A stretch of DNA of 64,000 nucleotides from contig JANJGN010000009.1 in assembly GCA_026770705.1 (NCBI GenBank), forward strand, positions 163,370,001-163,434,000, in the 5' to 3' direction. Under the pieces are notes generated by a model. That model was not told the DNA's origin, did not search any database, and saw nothing but the letters and a program-made list of their open reading frames with translations. The position numbers and the translations under genes are program-made. Within the stretch, counting starts at the first letter, position 1. Every line of letters begins with the position of its first letter. Source of the DNA: Isurus oxyrinchus (taxonomy: Eukaryota). Shown here piece after piece: positions 22,190-35,000 of this stretch.

Positions 22190-23105
22190 CCACCTGACCC
22201 ACATCTCTACCTCACCACCAGCTCTCTCAATCCCTCCACTGTCTCTAAACTGTTAGGCTGCATGTCCCAGTACGAGCTGAACAGAAATTTCCTCCAGCTA
22301 AATATCGAGACAGCCAAAGCTATTGCTGTTTGTCCCTGCCACATATTCCATTCCCTAGACACTGACTCCATCCTCACTCCCTAGCATCTGTCTCAGGCTA
22401 AACCAGGCAGTTCACAATCTTGGTGTTATAATACAACCCAAGATGAGCTTCTGACCATATATCCATGCTATCACTAAGATCACCTTTTTTGAGCTCCGTA
22501 ACATCACCCCACTCTGCCCCTGTCTCATCTGCTGCTAAAACCCTCATCTATGCCTTTTTTTTTTCTCTATACGACTATTCTAATGCCCTCCTGGTTGCCT
22601 CCCATGTTCAATCTCCGTAAACTTGAGGTCATCCAAAACGCGGCTGACCTTATCATAATGTGCACAAAGTCCCATTTACCCCTGTGCTCGCTGATTTATA
22701 TTGGCTCCCATTTAAACAACACATCAATTTTAACATTCTCATCTTTGCCTTAAAATCCTACATGACTCCATCTCCCCCTATCTCTGCATTCTCCTCCAGC
22801 CCTCCAGCTCCTTTAAGTCTGTCCTCTTGCACATCTCCAATTGTAATCACTCCAGAATTGGTTGCTGAACTTTTAACTGCAAGACCCTAAGCTCTTGAAT
22901 TCTCTCCCTGAACTTCTCTGCCCGTCTACCTCTCTCTCCTCCTTTAAAATGCTCCTTAAAACCTACCTCATTGGCGAAGCCTTTGGTCATGTGTCCTGAT
23001 ATCTCCTTATGTGTCCCAGTGTCAAATGTTATTTGATAATGCTCCTGTGATGTGCCATGGACCCTCTTAACTACGTTAAAGATGCTACATAAAATCAAGT
23101 TGTTG
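22190..23105 (+). mobile_element. L2-like LINE 3' fragment
   Basis: Decayed QLYL...NFLQLNI.KT..I and LDYSNALL...LQNAA-type ORF2 motifs. Confidence 0.6.
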
Positions 23106-23910
23106 CTGGCAGCTTTCGACCGGGTGTGGCATCAAGGACCCCGAGTAAAACTGGAGTCAATGGGAATCAGGGGGAAAACTCTCTGCGGGCTGGATTCATA
23201 CCCAGCACAAAGGAAGATGGTTGTGGTTGTTGGAGGCCAATCATCTCAGTTCCAGGATATCACTGCAGGAGATCCTCAGGGTAAAGCCCTAGGCCCAACC
23301 ATCTTCAGCTGCTTCATCAATGACTTTCACTCCAGCATAAGGTCAGAAGTGGGGATGTTCACTGACTATTGTACAATTTTCAGTACCAATCGCGACTCCA
23401 CAGATGCTGAAGCAGTCTTTGCCCACATGCAGCAAGACCTGGACAATATTTAGGTATTCCTGATAGTGGAAAATAACATTCCAACTACATAATGACCATC
23501 CCTAACAAGAGAATCAAGCAATTTCCTCCTGATAATCAACATCAATTCCACCATTGAATCCCTAACCATCAATATGTGAAGGTTAGCATTGACCAGAAGC
23601 TTGACTGGACCAGCCATATAAAAACTGTGGCTACATGAGCAGATCAAAGGCTGGGAATTCTACGATGAGTAACTCACCTCCTTACTCCTCAAAATGTTTC
23701 CATCATCTGCAAGGCACAAGTCAGGAGTGTGGTGGAATATCCTCTGCTTGCCTGGATGAGTGCAGCTCACACTCAAGAAGCTCAGCACCATCCAAGACAA
23801 AGCAATCCCCTTGATAGGCACCCCATCCACCACCTTAAATATTCTCCCCCACTCCACCACCCACCACTACCTTGCACGGTGGTAGCAGCATGTACCAACT
23901 ACAAGATTGA
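23105..23910 (+). mobile_element. CR1/L2-group LINE RT fragment
   Basis: AAFDRVWHQG..KLESMGIRG...PQG..LGPTIFSCFIND...MFTD. Confidence 0.8.
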
Positions 23911-23919
23911 AAACGAATG

Positions 23920-24340
23920 AAAAAGAACTTGCATTTATATAGCACCTTTCATGACCTAAGGATGCCCAAAAGCACAAAACAATTGATGATTTACTTTTGC
24001 AACATAGTCTCTATTGCAATGTACAAATGCAGCAGCCAATTTGCACACACACTCTCAACAATTTGGTGATGAGCAGATTATTTGTTATTAGTGATAATGG
24101 TGGCAATATTGGCCAGGATACCAAGAGAATTCCCCTCCTCTTCTTCAAATAGTGTCATGGGATCCTCTACATCCACCTGAGAGGGCAGACAGGGCCTCGG
24201 TTCAACTTCCCATTTGAATGACTGTACCCCTGATCGTTTAGCACTCCCTCAGTACTTCACTGAAGAATGTGTGATTCACTAGATTATATGTGGTTTGAAT
24301 TTTAGACTCAGAAGTGTGAATACAATATATAAACCACAAT
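23920..24340 (-). mobile_element. Deu-domain SINE
   Basis: Reverse core gcactccctcagtac and tail cttgcatttatatagcacctttc. Confidence 0.7.
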
Positions 24341-25090
24341 TGACACTTTATCTGAGTTATCTTTCACATCTGCTCATTTAGACTGCTGTTCTTTTTCTCT
24401 CATGTTTTTGACTAATATTGTGAATTTTCCTTTTCACACATCACCCTAACCAGCTTAAATCTTCCCCCATTGCCCTTTCACACTTTTCACAAGGATGTGG
24501 GCGTTTCTCTGGTTTACATGAAAGCCATTACATTCCACAGCCATCCCTAGCTTTGAAAGTGGTTCTACTGTCCCAAGAATTTGAAACCCTGCTTGCTACA
24601 TCATCTTTCCAGACAGACATTGACAATTCTACTCTTGCCATTCCTGACTGGTCCAGTTTGTGAAAATGGGAGAAATTCCGAACTCCGATCGTGTTGGATT
24701 TTTTGCTCCTTAACCTAGAATTCAGCTCGTTGAAACCCCTTTGCAGAACCTCTGTGTTCAAACTGACTGTGTGTGTTAACTGTTAACCCTACTTAGTTTC
24801 TTTGTGATGCAAAATCTACCCCAGCTAAGAATCCAGCTCCTTCTTAATAGCATTCAGAGAGTCAGCATCCACCACACCATAGACACACTACTCTGTAGGA
24901 AAAGAATTATCGTCCAACATCTAGCCTGTCCTTACTGCAGAATAATTTAAACACATGTTTGATGCTCCAATCTATCAAACAGAAATAATTCTATCAATAA
25001 GCACAGAATCCAGCCTTTCATTATTCTATACAGCTCTATCACATTACCTCTTACTCTAAACCGCCCTGAACTAAATTGGCCCAACCCTTT

Positions 25091-25807
25091 GGACTGAATT
25101 TTCCAGCCTTGTTATGATAGTCTTGGAGGCCGAGGAGCCAGGAAAATAGGGAATGGCCCATCAGGGCAACACGCGATGCATTCCTGCTGCCAGGAAGTTT
25201 CCCCAGGGACAGACTGAGACAAGGGACAGCTGCCCACAGAGCTGAGGCAGGGAGGCAATTACATAGTTAAGGCCCCAATTACGGGTGATTTTGTGGCACT
25301 ACCAGCACTTTGTCGGTAACGGAGCGGACCCTCACCATGCGCAGGTGACCCCAACTCGATGAGGCAGCCTCCCGGCTGACAAGATGGGGATTCATCCGAG
25401 CTGGAGGCCCAAGGAAAGACTGCACCCGCGGCCCAGACACTTCCACCAGAAGGGTCTCCCCTCCTCTCCAAGGAGCCCACCAGCTTAGTCCCTTTGAAAT
25501 CATCCTTTAAATTTTCACCTGCGAGGGTGCCTCCACATTGAGATACCCTCACGGGCCCGAAATGCCTCAGTAGCACCTCCCTCTCCCAGTAGAGTTACTG
25601 AGGCTCTAGAACTGGCAGCCCTTTGACTGAGCCTGGAGCACCAGGAGACGCCGACCACCCTTAATAGAACAGCAAACACAGAGGCAGCAAATCAGCAGGC
25701 TGCCTCTGGGAAGATTGCACCTCCATCTCACTCGGGATGAGTGCCAGCTTGGGAGCTCCATTTGATCCCGACATTGGGATGCTGAAACCCACAGGAAAAT
25801 CCTGCCC
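25091..25807. mobile_element. MITE-like Harbinger-type element
   Basis: Termini ggactgaattttcc...ggaaaatcctgccc. Confidence 0.55.
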
Positions 25808-25899
25808 TTTTAGTTTATCTTAATAACTAAAGCTGCTTCAGCTGCAACATCAGGAAATATTCCACTTCAGTCAAAGTCATACTGGACATTATTTCTCTT

Positions 25900-26640
25900 T
25901 AATTCATTCATGGGATGTGGGTGTCGCTGTTTAGGCCATCATTTATTGCCCATCCCTAATAACAGCCCTTGACATTTAATAGCATTACCATCGCTGAATC
26001 TCCCACTACCAGTCTGGGGGGTTACTAGAAACTGAACCGGACTAGCCATATAAGTACTGTGGCTTTAAGAGCAGGTGAAAGACAGGGAATCCTGCAGCGA
26101 GTAACTCACCTGACTCCCCCAAAGCCTGTCCACCATCTACAAGGTACAAGTCAGGAGTGTGATGGAATACTCTCCACTTACCTGGATGAGGGCAGCTCCA
26201 ACAACACTCAAGAAGCTCAATACCATACAGGACAAAGCAGCTCCGCTTGATTAGCACCCCATCGACAAACATCCATTTCCTCCATCGGCAATGCAGAATA
26301 CTATCTACAAGATGCACTGCAGGAACTCCCCAAAGTTCCTTAGACAGCACCTTCCAAACCCTCGACCATCACCATATAGAATGACGAGGGCAGCAGATAC
26401 ATAGGAACAGCAACACCTGGAAGCTTCCCTCCAAGCCACTCACCATCCTGACTTGGAATATATCGCTATTCCTTCACTGTCGCTGGGTCAAAATCCTGGA
26501 ACCTCTCTCCTGTGGGTGTACCCACACTACTGCCGTGGTTCAAGAAGACAGCTCACCACCACCTTCTCAAGGGCAATTACGGATGGACAATAAATGCTGG
26601 CCCAGCCAGTGATGCCCACATCCCATGAATGAATAAAAAT
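25900..26640 (+). mobile_element. LINE 3' fragment capped at its 5' side by an inverted LINE 3' tail
   Basis: ttcattcatgggatgtggg... at 25903 is an inverted repeat of ...cccacatcccatgaatgaa at ~26615-26633. Confidence 0.7.
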
Positions 26641-26978
26641 GTTGAATAATATGTATTCCCAGTATTAATGAGGAACAAAGATTTTCGCTTATTCTCACTG
26701 AAACAAAAATAGAGAATGAAAGATCTAAATCTAATGTTCACATTAAAGTGATTTTCACAGCTGTTTAACAGAAATGACTGTAGGGATTTCAACAGATGTA
26801 AAGAAAATCTCCAAGAAGCAAGAAATTAGACAGAAAATTTAAATTTTCTGTTCTACAAAGTTATTTTGTAATTTCTGTTTTCCTTCTACAAATGTAAACC
26901 ACATTGATATCAATGCAAGAGCACCGAACACAAATTCTTATTAAATAGCTTCTTTTACTTAGGATGGAATAATATATA

Positions 26979-27175
26979 AAATCAAAAAACTGCGGATGCT
27001 GGAAATCCAAAACAAAAGCAAAAATACCTGGAAAAACTCAGCAGGTCTGGCAGCATCTGCAGAGAGGAACACAGTTAACGTTTCGAGTCCGTATGTATCT
27101 TCAGCAGAAGTAAGTAAAAATAGAAAAGAGGTGAAATATAAGCTGGTTTAAGGGGGTGGGGGGTAGAGCTGGATC
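26979..27175 (-). mobile_element. Short Penelope-like 3' end with 11-bp TSD
   Basis: TSD aataatatata at 26968-26978 and 27176-27186; matches the pseudo-LTR of 40041-44242. Confidence 0.75.
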
Positions 27176-28763
27176 AATAATATATACTTTAGTCAGACAT
27201 TGGTAAGCCCTTGAAGAACCATCAAATCAGGCCTCTGAGCAGGCAGAGAACCAGTCCATACGGTGAGCTTATCATGAAGCTAATGAGTTTACTTCAAGTT
27301 TTTCTAGATGTACCAATCTCAGAACTCCAAAGTAACTGCAAAAGTCAGGACAACAAACCCTGACTAAAATTCATGTTCCCTGCTCATAGGTAAGAGAATA
27401 AATGAAGAATTTCCTTTACAAGATGTAAGTGGCAGTATTTTACATCAGAAGTAATTGCCCTCAGAGGGCTGCACACCTTGGGCAGAATCTTGTGCCCTTT
27501 AAAAATAATCAAAACGTGGGACCATATTTGGCTCTCGACCCATGTGTCTGCCTGAGAGATCTTCCTGGAGGCAGCCAATTAAGAATCCACACCCGGGCCT
27601 ATCATCCGATTGAGGAAGGCAGGCAGGCTAGAGGGCCTGCAGCCTTGGCAGGGGTGCAATTCCACTGGCAGAGGTGGGCACTGCTGCTGCAGAAAGGGGA
27701 ATGTAAGGGTGCCCCCATTTTGAGGCACCCTCTGGAGAGGTATCCACTGTTATAAAAGCTAGTGACCCCAGGTGTTGCCCACTGATGACTGCACCTCCAG
27801 TTGCGAGTTAAAACAGGAGGTCACACGGATGCCCCAGGTCATCTCCAGACGCCTGCTGGGCTTGGCTCTCAGTGGGTGCTAGGGTTGCCAGTGATTAAAT
27901 GCATTCTGGGAGGTTTCATCGCACCCTCATGGTCAGGCCATTAGTTGGCCAACACATCTTGGAGACTCGAGATGGACACTGAGACAAATTTGGCCCATTA
28001 GGCCGGTTGTGTTAAAGAAAAGAAAGAAAGCTGTGGATTTTTATCATGTTTTTTATAATCACTGGATGTCTCAAAGAGCTTTACAGCCCCTGGAGCACTT
28101 TTGAAGTGTAGTCACTGTTGTGATGTAGAAAATGCAGCAGCCGATTTGTGCACAGCAAACCCCCACTAACAGCAATGTGATAATGATCAGGCTATTTGAT
28201 TCTGTGATGTCGATTGAGGGAGAAATAATGGTCCGGACACCGGGGATAACTCCCTTATTCTTCTTCAAAATAATGCCATGGGATCTATTACATTCACTCA
28301 AATAGGCAGATGGGACCTCGGTTTAACATATCACCCAAAAAACAGCACCTCGAACAGTTCAGCCCTCACTCAGTACTACAACAGAGTGTCAACATTTGAA
28401 TTTTCCACTCAAGCCCTGGCATGGAACTTAAAACTGGAACTTGTGAATCATCAGAGCTACCAATGCTGGGGGTGTTGGGGGGGTGGGGGGTCTGGCTGGT
28501 GAGTGCGGTGCTATAAGACCTGGTATTGGGACCACTCTAATTTACATTAATGTCCTGGACTCTGAAACTCAAGGTGAATTGATTACATTTGCTGATGATT
28601 CCAAACTGGGAGGAGCGGTGGGAATGGAGGAGACAATTCCGAAGTTAAAGGAAGAATTGGACTAAAGTAAATATGTGGACAGCTCATGGCAGAAGAAATT
28701 CAATGCAACTGAGATGCAAAGTTAAGAGAACTGTGCAGTACATGTGCCATCCGAATGGTTTCG

Positions 28764-29075
28764 CTAATGAGTAATGGTAGCATATATTGCCATTTCAGAT
28801 TCCTGGGGAGTATCATGTAATGGAGTTTTAGGGTTTTTCTTTGTGGGCTGGTTGTGAATCATGACTCCACTGTAGATGACACTGTCCGGGTTGTTAACTG
28901 AGTGACTTGTCCCTTCACCTCTCTGTGTAGACGATTTCTTTTGTAATTGCACTACTGCATACGTGATTTCCTCATTATTCAACTCGGCAGTTCCCTCTCT
29001 GTGTGTTCCTGCCGAGCTCCTTTGAGTGTGGTTTACATTTGCATACACAGTGCCCTCTTCCTCTGCTGCCAATTC
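28764..29075 (-). CDS. Gene B exon 7, tail with ITSM/ITIM motifs
   Basis: Motifs TVYANV, ITYAVV, VIYSGV and AIYATI, then TAG. Confidence 0.92.
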   Translation of the reverse strand, partial: ELAAEEEGTVYANVNHTQRSSAGTHREGTAELNNEEITYAVVQLQKKSSTQRGEGTSHSVNNPDSVIYSGVMIHNQPTKKNPKTPLHDTPQESEMAIYATITH

Positions 29076-32000
29076 CTAAAAATATTAAAAAAATGATTGC
29101 ATTTATTTTTGATTAGCCTGAATGGTGACTTGTGCTGTTATGAGGAGAAAGCTATATATCCATTATTATAAATCAGTTTATAAAGGATTACAAGATATTA
29201 AAAATTATTTACAGCACAGAAACAAACAATTCAGCCCAATGGGTCTATACCAGTATCATTCTCCTCACAAGCCTCCTCCCACCCCTCTTCATCCAAACTC
29301 TTCAAAATATCTTTCTATTACTTTCTCCCTCAACTGCTTATCCAGCTTTATCCAGCTTTATTTATGGTATTTGCCTGAACCTTGCCCTATAGTAATGAAT
29401 TTCAGATTCTGACACTCTCTGGGTAAAGATGTTCCTTCTGAATTCCTTATTCCTTCCCTGGGGAGGAGTTGAGTCCAATAGGATTGCTGCATTTAAAGGA
29501 AAGCTAGATAAGCACATGAGAGAGTAAAGGACAGAAGGATATGCTGATAGGGTGGGATGAAGAGGGGTGAGAGGAGGTTCGTGTGGAGCATAAAAACCAG
29601 CCTCCTGCAGATGGGCCGAATGGCTGTAAGTTCTTAGTAAATTCTATATCCACCAGCTTGCAAATTTCCAAACAGTATTCAGAGAAGTAATGTCAATATC
29701 CTTACCTGATTATCATGGAGAGTCTTGTCTCTCCGATGACTTAGAATGCAGTTTGTACCTGAAAGATTACAATGTAACTGTTGAAAGAACTGTAACAAGG
29801 AATGGTTAATACGTTTAAAATCTCTAAACTAAACATGTGTTGCAAGTGTGCTAAACCTGACATTGATCCACATTCATGGAAATACGTTCATCTGCATTGC
29901 ACCAATGATTTCCAAGATGTAATGAACAATCAGCCTGGTAATTATACATAGAATGACAAAAGGGTTTGTAGTGTAATGGGTTAATAGAATAGCTATGCTG
30001 ATGAGTGATGTACACCATGATGTATCAATGAAATTGGCAGTCATGTGCTATTTACCTGGGAGAGTGGATGGAACACTCTGTACTCAGGGGAGGCATACCT
30101 ACTCTGTAACCTCTCTTAAATACAGTGTTAATAAAGCAGTTTAAAGCAATTAACAGAGTAACACAAGTTTCTCTCGGTAAGATAGGTCACACACACCAGA
30201 AACCAGCAACTACACTACCAGCATATGACGTTTACTGTCTGACAGAACAGATTGTCTATTAGAGAACGCACCCAAATTTCATTCCATTAATTTCTACGTA
30301 GCACTCTGACAGATTAACACCCGTGATGTGAAAGAGAAAATTAACTCCCGTGTGTTTAGGATTGAGCATTTCAAAAACTGATCAATTCTATCCTGAAAAC
30401 GAGTTCCTGTTGTGTTGTGTCATTGATGGAAGGTCAAGCAATTCATCACAGGGAGAAATCAGAAGCCCAATTTTTCTCACTCAAACAGACGAGCTGTCAA
30501 AGCTTTTTGCCTTGCTCTCATCAGGACAGATTGCAAGAATACCAACAATAAAGGAAGCAACAATTTATAGTGCATGCGAAGAGAGTGCTGATTGCTTCAA
30601 CAGAATAAAATCCTGAGGGTTCTTGATGGCCTGGATGTGGAGAGAATGTTTCCTCTTGTGGAAGAATCTAGAACTAGGGGTCATTATTTAAAAATAAGGG
30701 GTCGCCTCCATTTAAAATGAAGATGAGGCAAAATTTTTTCACTCCTAGGGTCGTGAGTCTTTGGAACTCTCTTCCTGAAAAGGTGGTGGAAGCAGAGTCT
30801 TTGAATATTTTTAAGGGGGAGGTGGATAGATTCTTGGTAAACAAGGGGGTGATAGGTTACTGGGGGGGTAGCTGGGATGCAGATTTCAGGTTACCATCAG
30901 ATCAGTCATGATCTTATTGAATAACGGAGCAGGCTCGAGGGGCTGAATGGCCTACTCCTGCTCCTTGTTCATCTGTTCAAGTGTATTTTTTATCAGCAAT
31001 ACTCAACTTAATTATTCCATGGGCAGAATTTTGCCCTTGTCGGGTGGGCATGGCAGGTGGGCTCAGGAGTGGTTGTGAAGCCGACCACTGCCCCGAATCA
31101 GGCCCCAACATCGATTTCACATGGGCTGGACAATTAATGGCCAGTCAGTGCATAATATGCGCTGCAACGCTCAGCACTGCTGGCGTGAGGGCGGGAGGAG
31201 GGCAAGCGTGCAAGTTTGTGCATGTGTGCGCGTGCTCACAGTGAAAGCTCCCTGAGTCTCAGAGCTGCCTCAGGGAGCTGAAGATTTTGAACAATCAAAA
31301 TAAAGAATTGAAAACTAATGGAAACATGTCCCCTCATGCGACTCTGTCACATGACCATGGGCATTTAAATATGAGTTCTCAAAGTTTTTGCTTTAATCAC
31401 TGGTCAAAACTCCATCCCGCCCATTGATGAGGTTTCGCCAAAAGTGCAAAGGCTGATTGGCCGATTCGACCACAAACCAACCGAACAGTTGGACCGGCAG
31501 CAAAAAATTCAATTCTATTAATTGATTAAGGGCCTTAATAGGTTGCTTCATTGTCAGCGGGTGTTCTGCCGCCTCTCGCACATACCTGCAGAGTGAAATA
31601 TCACCAGAGTGTACGATGATGTCCAGACGCTCGTCTGACCTCATCACGCACTATTTTACTCTCGTTTGGATCTGGTGTGCACCCGCTCGAATAGAGAAAC
31701 ATTCAGCCCCATGTTCAATATGTGTAGACTAGAATGAGAATACTAGGGTCATGGGTGATTGTTGATTGATCCAACAAACTGTATATTCTTTCTATTCTGC
31801 AGCAAATTATTGCCATATAATAAAATGATTAAAGAGAAATAGATACTCACCCTTGTTGATTTGCCTCAGGTACAGAAGTAGAGAAACAGCAAACACCACA
31901 AGAATGCCCCCCAGCACTCCGAGCACAATGTAAATCAGACTGTGAAACAGAGAATAGACAAGGGACAGTGTTGGTTCACAATTGATTATTGGCCATTTGT

Positions 32001-35000
32001 TTAAAGAAATATTTAAAGGTAGATTTTTATAAAGTGGCTTTCATGACCTCAGGACATCCCAAAGCACTTTACAAGCAATGAATATTTTTGATGCAGTGTA
32101 ACTGTGGTAATTTGGCAAATGTGGCATTCAATTTGCACACAGCATGCTCCCACAAATAGCAATTAGATGGATGAACAAATAATTTGTATTGTTTAGTGAT
32201 GTTGCCCAGGTCTCGAGGAAGAACTGCCCTGATCTCCTATGAATGTCACCATGGGATCTGTTACACCCACCTGAGAGAGCAGATGAGCTTTGGGTTTATC
32301 ACATCTGAGAGGTGGCACCTCTAACAGCACAGCACTCCCTCAGTAGTGCACTGGAGTGTCAGCCAAGATAATGTGCTGAGGTCTCTGGAGTGGAATTGAA
32401 CCCACAGCCTTTGACACATAAGGTGAGTGTGTTACCACTGAGCCCTGTTTAATACTGGGTCAGTTTTAATTATTGAAATCCAAATGCAAGAATACCAGAT
32501 GATCCCTGAAAAAATGGAAGTAATAACTGTTTCATACATATATGGATTTCATATTCAGATGATCTTTGTAGTCAACTTTATACAACAGATCAGACATAGA
32601 GATTTGTCTTAAAATAAAAATCAGATACTTTCAATACTTCTTAAATCATTGACAATAATCTGGATAAAAGTAAGTGCACTGCATGTGCTAGAAATATGAA
32701 TGGAAAACAGAAGATTCTGGAAACATTCAGCAGCTCAGTTGGGATCTGTGGGGTGAGTGGACCTGTTTCACTTCGTGTGTGGACTAGAATTCTGAAGAAG
32801 TGTCTGCACCCAAACCATGAACGTGTTTATTTTCTCCACAGCTGCGGACATACCTGCTGTCCATTTCCAACTGTCCCTCTTTCTGTTTGACATTTAGTTG
32901 GCGTTTTCTCTTTATCACCATTGTAACTTCAAAGACCCGATTCCTGAGTGTTTACATCGGACTACAATTTCTGCTACTTATTGTCGACAGCTCAGTCTAA
33001 TCATATGGAAACAGGATCAGAGCTGCAAGATGTCTCTCATTAGTGAAACCAAGGGATGAGCCGATATATCACGCTAATTCTTCCTTTTCATCAGCCAGAA
33101 TACAACTACTCTGTCAGTGTAGACAGCAGCAAGGTAAGTTTGACAAGTACAACTCCTCACACACTGTGAGATTACCTTAGCGGTGAAGTAATCAAGGTGA
33201 ATAAGGCAAAAAACACCATCTGAGCAGCAACACAATGGAAAAGCTCATTCCTTGCTTGTATTTTCCAACAGAAAAATGCACCCTCATTAAAAAGCTAACA
33301 CAACAGCATGATATAAACCCAGCCACCATTTCCATTCTGATGAGCTACTTTCCAAACTAATGAACAACCTTCACTCCTTTGGCCAATCGTATCTCTCACA
33401 TATGGAAGCAATGCCAATCCATGAGAACATTGTACCTTACAGCATTTTTGGGATCTGAAGGTGTGGCTCGATTGATAGTGGAAATTATATCTGTACTTGT
33501 CAAATGTGTAGTTGGTGATACTGTTGTAGAAACATCACAAAAATACTCAGGTCCTGTTGAAACAAGGGAATAACAGTCAGATTCAGCTCATTTTCACTTG
33601 TCGTCAACTGAGAGAGCATCATTGTCAAATGGAACCTCATTAATTGAGGAAAAGCCTGGCTGGTAGAATTGATTTCTGTGTAATTTACCCCTCTCTGGTC
33701 ACAAGTGGAGAGGTCGCAGATACTTGGTGGTGATCTATCTTTACTGGTAATTACACTTTCTTTCCTATCTCTGAGAGTTGGTGGGACAGAGTTACTAGTG
33801 GGCCAGTTAAGGGCTCAGGTTGGTGGACTACAATCCAGAGATACACTTGTTTGACATGAATTTCATGTGCACACAATAAACAGTCACATCCTAATACTGG
33901 CAATGGTCCCTTTCTGCCCTTCGGGGACAGTTTTCTGAGCTTGCAGTAAAGATGAGAATCTTCACCCACTGACCGTGAATGCCTCAAACCTGCCAGTGAT
34001 TTTCTGACCATTTAATTATAATGACCCTCCGTGCTGCTGGGACTGGCTCCTCCCTCCCCCCCTCCAGTTTGCACTCAGATAATTGGATAAGATGCATTTT
34101 AATAAATCGTCTGTTTCAAAAGGTAAGAAATAAGTTGAGTTGATTCATCACCTTTCACAACCTTGGGATATCCTAAACTATTTCAGAGCCTATGAAGTAC
34201 TTTTCTGAAGTAAAGCCACAGTTTTAATATCAGGAAAAATGAAAGTGCATTCGTACACAACAAAGCCCCACAAACATCAGTAAAACATTCACTAGGTGAT
34301 CTGTCTTGTAGTGACATTAACAGGCTCAAAAGACCAAATAGCCTGCTCCTGCTCCCTATTTGTGTGTATTGGTTGAGGAATAAAGGCTTCAAGGACACCA
34401 GGAGAACTTCCCTATTCTGTGAATAATACCCTGGAATTGTTTACATCTACCTAAGGGGGATGTGGATCCTCAGTTTAATACCTCATCTACACAGCAGCAC
34501 CACCACCAGTATAACACTACCTCAGTGCTGGACAGTGGTATCAGCCTGAATTTTAACTCTTATGGGGAACTTGAACATAGAATACATTGGCATCAAAGGT
34601 CAGAGTGCAACTGAGTCCCTGCTGACAACTCCAGTACAAACACTTACAGTTTACAGGTGTAATTTCTACCTGCTGCTGACAGCCTTTGGTCTGAGGCTTG
34701 TGACAGTGGGATTTTATGGTCTGCTGGAGTGCATGGAGTTTAGAATGGCTGGCTGCATTTTACAGCCCAGTCCCTGGCGCAATGGGGGTGTAAAATTCCA
34801 CCCTTCTTCCCTGACAACTGAGGCAAGAGACCACATGACCAGAGTCAATATATTTGCATATGTAAATTCCTGTCTCCTGCTGGTCAGGGGAAAATGTGAT
34901 TCTCTTTGTTTTGTGCCCATGTTGGTGTTTCTCGGTGAACATGCTGCACCCACTCTGCAGAAAATTGAACCGCTACATTCAAATAGGCTAAAGTCCTCCT

